64,000 nucleotides of DNA from Aulosira sp. ZfuVER01 (GTDB lineage: Bacteria; Cyanobacteriota; Cyanobacteriia; Cyanobacteriales; Nostocaceae): contig JAVRCV020000004.1 in the NCBI GenBank assembly GCA_034530615.2, positions 32,001-96,000 on the forward strand, read 5' to 3'. Within the stretch, counting starts at the first letter, position 1. Each line of letters begins with the position of its first letter. Below are positions 57,206 through 64,000 of this stretch, piece after piece. The position numbers and the translations under genes were made by a program. The notes under the pieces were generated by a model. That model saw only the letters and a list, made by a program, of their open reading frames with translations. It was not told where the DNA came from and made no database searches.

Positions 57206-60037
57206 ATGGAACATTGGCAATTTCTGATACAAAGACAGGGCGATCGCGCTTGGCATACCCTGGAATCGCCAAAGGTAGAAATTTTGGAAGGTCGGTATAG
57301 AGTTTTAGCTCGTTCTAACCGTCCTAATATAGATGTGGAAGTACGGGTAACTCATTCCTCTACCCAAGAGGTACCACCAAAGCGGCGGGTTCAGAAGCGA
57401 TCGCGTCGCACTAATTCCGAAGGCTTAATGGCGGTAATTCCCTATACTTACTTCAAGCCAGGAATTTGGGAGTTGCAATGCTCTGGTGACTTGATGTCAG
57501 ATATTCTCGGTAAATCTTGGCAGCACAATGTCTATCTACGAGTTTTATCTCAGTATGCAGAGGGAGAGGTAAATACCTCGGGAGATGGGGACAATATAGA
57601 ATCAGATTCACTAGATGATACAGAGACTATTTCTGATAGCGGTTTGGTAACTTCCACAGTAGAAATAACACCTGCTTTGGAAATAAATATTACCGATGAT
57701 TCAGAACTAGCAATTGTGACTCACAGTAACTCTACTAGCACCAAAACGCTAGTTGATGCTCTGGAAGAAGAAATTATCGATCAGCCTGTCAGCCCAGTAT
57801 GGGTTAAAGGTGAGACGGCAGAACAGATTTTACAAAACTTAATAGATTTAGCTTTACCTACTTCTGAACCTCTGCTAGATGATGAAATGCTGGAAGCTCC
57901 TCCGCTCACTCCAGCATTACCACCGTTATCGCTCAACCTAGAGAGGACAGCATATTTTGCGCAATGGGGGCAAACGCTGGTTATTAATGGGCGAGTGGAA
58001 CTACAACCAAAAGCGGATCTAGAAGTTGAGATACCTTACTTAGAAAGCCTTTATTCTCTAGAATTAAGAATTGATTTGCGCTCACCTCTAAAATCAGAAA
58101 TCTTGAACCAGGTAAGGCAACCTTTACCTAATGAGGTGCTTCCTTTTACTATTAACTCCACAATTGATATTCCTGCTGATTGTGAATCTAAGTTAATTTT
58201 GGCAGAGATTAGTTTGTATGGGGCACTTACTGACGTTGGGGAAGTAATACCATTAGCTAGCAATTCTTTCACAATTACAGCAGATGTCAGCGAATTACTG
58301 GCAATCAGAGCCGCAGTAATAGCTAGTACAAAAGAACTGGCAGAAAATCAGAATACAACCATGACTTCAGATGCGCCTCAAGCACCTGAGTCATCGGGTA
58401 GCCTTGATTTATCACTTTTGAATTTAGTCAAAGTCGTTCAACCAGACCAGTCTCTGCTTTTGAGTCCATCGGCAAATAAATTCTTGCCGCCAGAAATTAA
58501 ACCGCGATCGCGCAAGAAATCATTAGAGAGCCATCGGGCGCTGGACTTGCCAAATATGCCGCCTCTCCCACCAGTGAAGACGACTGCTACTGCTCTTTTA
58601 GCAGAATCTTCCACATTGGAGCCTACTACAGCAGAACTGGCTACACAGGAAGAGAGTGTAGAGAAGGTTGAAACTTTAGCCGCCATCGACATGAATCAAC
58701 TTGTCATTAAACATCGGCGAGTACCGTTGATTAGTAGCACATTTCCATACTTAAAACCGTTAACGGACTTGTCAAGCGATGGCGAAGCAGTAAACAGCGA
58801 TGTTGGAGATGCATCTGACTTTCATCCTCCAGAAAACTCAAAGGCGCTGGATATCACTTTAGATGGGTTTGATAATACAACTGAATTATTGCTTGGCAAT
58901 CAACAATACCAGGATGAGTCTGTTACAGAAGGAGCTGTACCTCGGCGTTCAAAATTAATAGATGCCTATGTTGCAGAAGTAGCTACCCCGCCTCGACCGG
59001 AATTAATAGATGAGTTTGCTACACCAACAGCTACCCCGCCTCGACCGGAATTAATGGATGAGCCTGTTGCATCAAAAGCTACTCCGCCTAGCCCGGAATT
59101 AATGGATGAGCCTGTTGCATCAAAAGCTACTCTGCCTAGTCCAGAATTAATGGATGAGCCTGTTGCACCAACAACTCCCCCACCTCCTCCAAAATTAGTA
59201 GTGGAAGGAAATCCATACTCATCGCCGCTGATTACAAAATGGTTGCAGAATCAAGGATTCTCTATACCTGAACCCATTCATTTACAAGACCAAGACTACG
59301 ATAATGATGTTGTAGAACCGCAAACAATTCCCCATCAGCCGCAGCCTGTTTCTCTTAATCCTGAAACTCCTAATGTTGAGTTTGACATGGAGATACCAAC
59401 AGATTGGTTGGCGATCGCCCAACAGGAGTTAGACACAGCAGAGAATCTATCCAAAGAATATTCCACTCCATCACTTCCAGAACCACCACCTCCGCCTCCT
59501 CGTTATCCTAAGATACCGCTACGCAGGTTGACAGAAGAGATTGTTGTCGATGATGTGTATATTGAACCTGTGGTAGAAGTACCTGAAACCATTACTGTAG
59601 AAGAGGAAGTGCCAGAAGTGCCAATGGTTCCAGAACCATCCCCTTTACAGAGGATGAGTGCGGCAATTGTTGAGCCTTTGCCAACACCGCAACTTTTTGT
59701 ACCCGAAGGCGAACTAATTGCAGGTACATCTGTTAGAGTGCGTGTGGAACTACCTAAGGTATCCTCAGAAGTTGTTATCAAGCTATGGATTGAGGATTGT
59801 CAAACGCGCTGGTTGATGGATGGCCCCCATTTGCTAAAAGATTTGCGGTCTAATTCATCAGGAACCTTAGAAGTGACGACTCAATTACATGTTCCTTTTG
59901 GCTGCTTAGAAATGCGAGTTGAGGCGATCGCTCTCGATCCGCAAACCCAACAGGAAAGTCACAAAGTCACCGTTACGCGCACCATAGTTCCACCAGATTT
60001 GCCAACTTTGCAGCTAGATGAACTATTAGGTATTTAA
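57206..60037 (+). CDS. Large acidic/Pro-rich hypothetical protein
   Basis: 943-aa ORF; globular-looking N-terminal, middle and C-terminal blocks separated by disordered linkers. Confidence 0.8.
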   Translation: MEHWQFLIQRQGDRAWHTLESPKVEILEGRYRVLARSNRPNIDVEVRVTHSSTQEVPPKRRVQKRSRRTNSEGLMAVIPYTYFKPGIWELQCSGDLMSDILGKSWQHNVYLRVLSQYAEGEVNTSGDGDNIESDSLDDTETISDSGLVTSTVEITPALEINITDDSELAIVTHSNSTSTKTLVDALEEEIIDQPVSPVWVKGETAEQILQNLIDLALPTSEPLLDDEMLEAPPLTPALPPLSLNLERTAYFAQWGQTLVINGRVELQPKADLEVEIPYLESLYSLELRIDLRSPLKSEILNQVRQPLPNEVLPFTINSTIDIPADCESKLILAEISLYGALTDVGEVIPLASNSFTITADVSELLAIRAAVIASTKELAENQNTTMTSDAPQAPESSGSLDLSLLNLVKVVQPDQSLLLSPSANKFLPPEIKPRSRKKSLESHRALDLPNMPPLPPVKTTATALLAESSTLEPTTAELATQEESVEKVETLAAIDMNQLVIKHRRVPLISSTFPYLKPLTDLSSDGEAVNSDVGDASDFHPPENSKALDITLDGFDNTTELLLGNQQYQDESVTEGAVPRRSKLIDAYVAEVATPPRPELIDEFATPTATPPRPELMDEPVASKATPPSPELMDEPVASKATLPSPELMDEPVAPTTPPPPPKLVVEGNPYSSPLITKWLQNQGFSIPEPIHLQDQDYDNDVVEPQTIPHQPQPVSLNPETPNVEFDMEIPTDWLAIAQQELDTAENLSKEYSTPSLPEPPPPPPRYPKIPLRRLTEEIVVDDVYIEPVVEVPETITVEEEVPEVPMVPEPSPLQRMSAAIVEPLPTPQLFVPEGELIAGTSVRVRVELPKVSSEVVIKLWIEDCQTRWLMDGPHLLKDLRSNSSGTLEVTTQLHVPFGCLEMRVEAIALDPQTQQESHKVTVTRTIVPPDLPTLQLDELLGI
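58934..59190 (+). repeat. In-frame 48-bp (16-aa) tandem repeat, about 5.5 units
   Basis: Units start at 58934, 58982, 59030, 59078, 59126, 59174 (ATPPxPELMDEPVAxx). Confidence 0.85.
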
Positions 60038-60148
60038 ACATCCCTAGAAACTGCTGCTGTGTTAAAAATCTTTAGAATTTCAAAAATGAGGCAGAATTTG
60101 CAGTAAGCTCATCTTGAATTGTAGTGTGATTTAACAGGAATATTTTCT

Positions 60149-60289
60149 ATGGCAACTGAATTATTTCCTTCAATCTTGGCTAGTACTGCCTACTTGCCTG
60201 CTCTCTTCGTTCCCATCATTGGTTGGGGTGTACCAATCGCAGTATTTGCGTTTTTGTTTGTATACATTGAACGCGAAGATATTGCCTAA
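60149..60289 (+). CDS. psaI: Photosystem I subunit VIII
   Basis: Manual translation MATELFPSILASTAYLPALFVPIIGWGVPIAVFAFLFVYIEREDIA*. Confidence 0.92.
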   Translation: MATELFPSILASTAYLPALFVPIIGWGVPIAVFAFLFVYIEREDIA

Positions 60290-60339
60290 TTTGGTAATTA
60301 GTCATTTAACTAACAACTAATGACTAATTCATAATTAAT

Positions 60340-60372
60340 ACCGCCTATCTCAGTGAGACAGGCGGTTTTTTA
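60340..60372 (+). terminator. Terminator between psaI and psbJ
   Basis: ACCGCCT-atctcagtgagac-AGGCGGT followed by T run. Confidence 0.7.
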
Positions 60373-60439
60373 ATAATGTTGATTTCTAAACAATTGCTAG
60401 ATAATCTACACTACTTATGCTATTCGGCTCTAGCTATGA

Positions 60440-60559
60440 TTAAATTGAAGAACCGATTCCGGCATAGGCTCCGTAAAAGAAAATGCCTAAAACAGTAATT
60501 ACGCCTAATCCTGCGATCGTAGCGACGACCCACAGGGGAATTCTCCCACTTCCAGACAC
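60440..60559 (-). CDS. psbJ: Photosystem II protein J
   Basis: GTG start; [39 protein letters not shown]. Confidence 0.96.
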   Translation of the reverse strand: MSGSGRIPLWVVATIAGLGVITVLGIFFYGAYAGIGSSI

Positions 60560-60629
60560 AGTTTTCTCCTCCCTTAACAACAAATCAACACAGGTTCAAT
60601 AAACAAATGATTAACAAAAGTTGTTCCAG

Positions 60630-60749
60630 TTAGTTAAAGAAGTAACTGGAAAACAGGATACCCAGAACAAAAATCAGTAGTAGTCCCAGGTACAGCGAAG
60701 TCCGGTTTAGTTCAACGGGCTGATTATTGGGATTGGGCGTTCTTTCCAT
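60630..60749 (-). CDS. psbL: Photosystem II protein L
   Basis: [39 protein letters not shown]. Confidence 0.97.
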   Translation of the reverse strand: MERTPNPNNQPVELNRTSLYLGLLLIFVLGILFSSYFFN

Positions 60750-60758
60750 GAGTTGCTC

Positions 60759-60896
60759 CTAGCGTTGAATAAACTGCATTGCGGCGATCGCGCCCAAGAA
60801 GAAGACGGTTGGCACACCTAAAGTGTGAACTGCCAGCCATCTAACTGTAAAAATTGGATAGGTAACTGGTTGATTGATGTTGTTGCCGCTAGTCAT
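60759..60896 (-). CDS. psbF: Cytochrome b559 beta subunit
   Basis: [33 protein letters not shown]. Confidence 0.98.
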   Translation of the reverse strand: MTSGNNINQPVTYPIFTVRWLAVHTLGVPTVFFLGAIAAMQFIQR

Positions 60897-60905
60897 AATT
60901 TCAAA

Positions 60906-61154
60906 CTACTTTTGGATAAAATTTTCAACTTGCTTTTTAGCTTCAAAGCGGTTGTTCACAATGGGCACTTCCTGCCGTACTTCTGTGAAATACTCGTTGG
61001 GGCGGGGTGTGCCAAAAACATCATAAGCCAGTCCGGTGCTGACGAATAACCAACCAGCAATAAATAATGCTGGGATGGTGATGCTGTGGATTACCCAGTA
61101 ACGAACGCTGGTAATAATGTCCGAAAACGGACGTTCTCCAGTGGTACCTGACAT
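60906..61154 (-). CDS. psbE: Cytochrome b559 alpha subunit
   Basis: [28 protein letters not shown]. Confidence 0.99.
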   Translation of the reverse strand: MSGTTGERPFSDIITSVRYWVIHSITIPALFIAGWLFVSTGLAYDVFGTPRPNEYFTEVRQEVPIVNNRFEAKKQVENFIQK

Positions 61155-61273
61155 TTAACTTCCTACCTTCACAAAGACTGTTATTGAGTTTATTATCCTA
61201 CAAAGTTTAGAAAGAGTTACAACTTGCAACGTCGTTCTCAGAAATCTGGAGAAATACATACAGCAATGTTGTC

Positions 61274-62296
61274 CTAAGCTGCTTCTGCTGGGGAAGCTGT
61301 GGCAGCTTTGGGGCTATATTTCAGCAATATGCCGCGATCGCCAATGATAAATCCTTTTTCTGGCTCAAAAAACACAATTTTGTAAAAGTTAGCTGCAACT
61401 GTTTCGACATCACGGTCTTTTTCCCAAGTTTGGCCGCCATCCGCACTGTGCAGCAAATTACCGCTGCCACCACCTACCCAAATATCATCGGGTGTGCGGT
61501 AGGCTAAATCCAGTAAACCCCAACTAGTAGATAATTCTGGATTTTGTGCTTCTTGCCACTCTTCTGGTTTCGTGGGGTCACTAAATTGCACCTGACCTCC
61601 CCGTGCGAGCATCCACATTTGCCCATTGTTAGCAAAGCCCATGTTCTCTACCCGGCGAGAACTATTGCGATTATGGGGAACCCAAGCGTTTTGTCCTGGT
61701 TCCCAAGTAGAGTAGAAGCTACCTTTAGCGGACACAGCAACATATTTACCATCAGTAGAGCGTTCTAGGTTACGCACCACACCAACTGCTGCTTCTACCT
61801 GGGCTTTCCAGTTTTTACCGCCGTCTTTGGTTTGATATATCGCTCCCACATCAGTAGCCATCTCAGCTGTGTCTGGTCCCAAAGCACTAATACTAATAGG
61901 ACTACCAGGTAGTTTTTCACTTAGGGGAATACGTGACCAAGAACGACCTTCATCAGTGGTGTGTAGCAGTAAAGCAGGTTCTCCGACAATCCACCCTTCT
62001 TTACCAGCAAAACTAATAGCATCAAAACGATACCTTGAATCATCCAGCGCTAGGCTTAAGGGTTTCCAAGTATCACCACCATCATTGGTTTCCAAAATGG
62101 TAGCGTTGCTACCTACTAAGTAGCCATGCTGAGAATTATCAGTAAAAGCAATATCTAACAGCTTCGCTTCTGTTGGGACAGAAATTATTGCCCAAGGGTT
62201 ATAGCTGGTAGAGGGGACTTTGCTACAACCTATACACATCAGGACAACTATCAACAAGGCAAATATTCGTTGCCAACTTTTCAAAATTGCGTGCAT
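61274..62296 (-). CDS. ycf48: PSII assembly factor Ycf48/HCF136
   Basis: BNR repeats (TxDGGxTW), RNSSRR motif; located between rubA and psbE. Confidence 0.96.
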   Translation of the reverse strand: MHAILKSWQRIFALLIVVLMCIGCSKVPSTSYNPWAIISVPTEAKLLDIAFTDNSQHGYLVGSNATILETNDGGDTWKPLSLALDDSRYRFDAISFAGKEGWIVGEPALLLHTTDEGRSWSRIPLSEKLPGSPISISALGPDTAEMATDVGAIYQTKDGGKNWKAQVEAAVGVVRNLERSTDGKYVAVSAKGSFYSTWEPGQNAWVPHNRNSSRRVENMGFANNGQMWMLARGGQVQFSDPTKPEEWQEAQNPELSTSWGLLDLAYRTPDDIWVGGGSGNLLHSADGGQTWEKDRDVETVAANFYKIVFFEPEKGFIIGDRGILLKYSPKAATASPAEAA

Positions 62297-62355
62297 CAGT
62301 ATTTCTTAATTTCTTAGTTGTTTCTAAATTTGTCAGTTGTCATTTGTCCTTTGTC

Positions 62356-62388
62356 TCCCACCCTAAGGGTTCGCCGTTAGGCGTCTAC
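62356..62388. repeat. Small dispersed repeat unit
   Basis: CCACCCTAAGGGTTCGCCGTTAGGCGTCTAC, similar to CTACCCTGCGGGTTCGCTGAAAGCGTC at 44526. Confidence 0.55.
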
Positions 62389-62470
62389 ATCCCCTTTTTC
62401 CTTGTGGGTGGAGATTTCTAACTCAAGGCAGTGGATAGTCTACAGACTGAGCAACAAAGATATATAGTAT

Positions 62471-62815
62471 CTATTGTAACCCGTAGAGACTGAGAAAAAA
62501 TAAGAAAGCAAGTGCCAAAGCGCCGAAAATCAAGAGGTTTTTTTGGGTTGGGGTCAAGGTGTTGACACCTAAACCGTAACCAAGATTTTCTCGAAAGCCA
62601 GATGCTTGTCCTGCTGGACCGATGTTAACGAAAGCTTGCTTCTTAGCACTACACACCGGACAACGCCAGATTAGGGGCAATTCTGCGAAGGGTCTTCCAG
62701 GGGGAATATCATACTTGTCATCTCCCTTCTCAGGTTCATAAACGTAACCGCAGGAGCGACACTCGTAGCGGTCTAACACTTGAGTCTCAACAGCTGGTTC
62801 GCTTTGTTCGCTCAT
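62471..62815 (-). CDS. rubA: Membrane-anchored rubredoxin
   Basis: CRSCGY...WRCPVC plus C-terminal TM helix. Confidence 0.95.
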   Translation of the reverse strand: MSEQSEPAVETQVLDRYECRSCGYVYEPEKGDDKYDIPPGRPFAELPLIWRCPVCSAKKQAFVNIGPAGQASGFRENLGYGLGVNTLTPTQKNLLIFGALALAFLFFLSLYGLQ

Positions 62816-63011
62816 GGCTTAGGCCTCGCAGAGGGGCAAATATTAAATATACGTTAAAAATTATGACATAACTGTTAGACTTTTCTATCACAACCAAAAA
62901 CGAATCAAATACCCTCAGCGCGTTTGTTTCCCAGATTTCAGAAAAGCCTAAAAGATATAATGTAAAAGAAAGTTACGGCGTTATTTACACCATAAGCGGT
63001 AGATATCCATT

Positions 63012-63374
63012 GTGTTTGTTCTCAGCGGTTACGAGTACCTTCTAGGCTTTTTCATTATCTGTAGCCTAGTGCCTGCCCTGGCGCTCTCAGCGTCCAAGCT
63101 CCTACGACCCAGCGGCAAAAGTGCGGAACGGCGCACAACATACGAATCAGGCATGGAACCCATTGGCGGAGCCTGGATTCAGTTCAACATCCGCTACTAT
63201 ATGTTTGCGCTGGTCTTTGTCGTCTTTGATGTGGAGACTGTATTCTTGTATCCTTGGGCGGTGGCTTTCCACCGTCTAGGGCTATTGGCATTCATTGAAG
63301 CGCTAATTTTTATTGCAATTCTTGTAATCGCCTTAGTTTACGCATGGCGTAAAGGAGCTTTGGAATGGTCTTGA
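63012..63374 (+). CDS. ndhC: NDH-1 subunit 3
   Basis: [29 protein letters not shown]. Confidence 0.98.
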   Translation: MFVLSGYEYLLGFFIICSLVPALALSASKLLRPSGKSAERRTTYESGMEPIGGAWIQFNIRYYMFALVFVVFDVETVFLYPWAVAFHRLGLLAFIEALIFIAILVIALVYAWRKGALEWS

Positions 63375-64000
63375 ATTCTAATTTAACCACCCAGGACAAA
63401 GAGCGAATCATCAACCCGATTGAGCGTCCCTCAGTCACTCAAGACCTTTCAGAAAACGTAATTCTGACCACGGTTGATGACCTTTACAACTGGGCGCGGC
63501 TTTCTAGTTTGTGGCCGTTGCTATTTGGTACGGCTTGCTGCTTTATTGAATTTGCAGCTTTAATTGGCTCTCGGTTTGACTTTGACCGCTTTGGGCTAAT
63601 TCCCCGTTCCAGCCCCCGCCAAGCTGATTTAATTATTACAGCTGGGACAATCACCATGAAGATGGCACCTCAACTTGTGCGTCTTTATGAACAAATGCCT
63701 GAGCCAAAGTATGTAATTGCGATGGGTGCTTGTACAATTACAGGCGGGATGTTTAGCGTTGATTCCCCCACGGCTGTGCGTGGAGTTGATAAACTCATTC
63801 CTGTAGATGTGTACTTACCTGGTTGTCCGCCGCGTCCAGAAGCGATTATTGACGCAATCATTAAGTTGCGGAAGAAGATAGCCAACGATTCTATCCAAGA
63901 ACGGGATCAAGTCAAGCAAATTCACCGTTACTACAGCACGACTCATAACCTCAAGCCAGTAGAGCAAATTTTAACTGGTAAGTATATGCAGTCAGATACT
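63365..64000 (+). CDS. ndhK: NDH-1 subunit K (truncated by window end)
   Basis: ATG overlaps ndhC end; [32 protein letters not shown]. Confidence 0.96.
   Translation, partial: MVLNSNLTTQDKERIINPIERPSVTQDLSENVILTTVDDLYNWARLSSLWPLLFGTACCFIEFAALIGSRFDFDRFGLIPRSSPRQADLIITAGTITMKMAPQLVRLYEQMPEPKYVIAMGACTITGGMFSVDSPTAVRGVDKLIPVDVYLPGCPPRPEAIIDAIIKLRKKIANDSIQERDQVKQIHRYYSTTHNLKPVEQILTGKYMQSDT

Larger units (their letters stand above)
1..64000. repeat. HIP1 octamer GCGATCGC dispersed throughout
   Basis: Many copies, e.g. near 841, 4068, 5180, 6568, 8567, 10034, 18480-18570, 24867, 60785. Confidence 0.95.

Noticed and set aside
62945..62970. NtcA site upstream of ndhC
   Set aside because: Spacing is GTA-N9-TAC rather than N8.
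1..64000. tRNA, rRNA, integrase, prophage or complete IS
   Set aside because: None recognised by eye; a tRNAscan-SE/Infernal run would be needed to exclude small RNA genes formally.

Overview
Chromosomal segment of a filamentous, probably heterocyst-forming (Nostocales-type) cyanobacterium. This is supported by very frequent HIP1 octamers (GCGATCGC), heptameric STRR tracts, and core genes: gcvTHP, HU, cobD, furC/perR-like, CRR6, ispD, scpB, HtrA, ispG, a C-terminal protease, hflX, grxC-gshB, ftsQ-ftsZ, psbO, a sigF-type sigma factor, psaI, rubA-ycf48-psbEFLJ and ndhC-ndhK. No rRNA, tRNA, CRISPR array, integrase or complete IS was recognised. Accessory-looking parts are an Rpn/DUF4351 nuclease, a NACHT-pentapeptide protein, a YafQ-like toxin-antitoxin pair joined to a cysteine hydrolase, a PEP-CTERM protein, and a two-gene ATPase plus (dead ATPase-TPR-STAND-TM-14xWD40) module. 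The best leads are: (1) a lipoprotein right after sigF with PilP-like features, a type IV pilus component usually described as missing in cyanobacteria; (2) the ATPase/NLR-like membrane receptor pair; (3) an hflX that seems to need a non-AUG (ATA) start; (4) an internal SD+ATG in the Rpn gene, consistent with a nested antitoxin; (5) five tiny palindromic elements nested inside one another, plus STRRs translated inside proteins. All functional calls come from visual motif recognition; no database searches were run.
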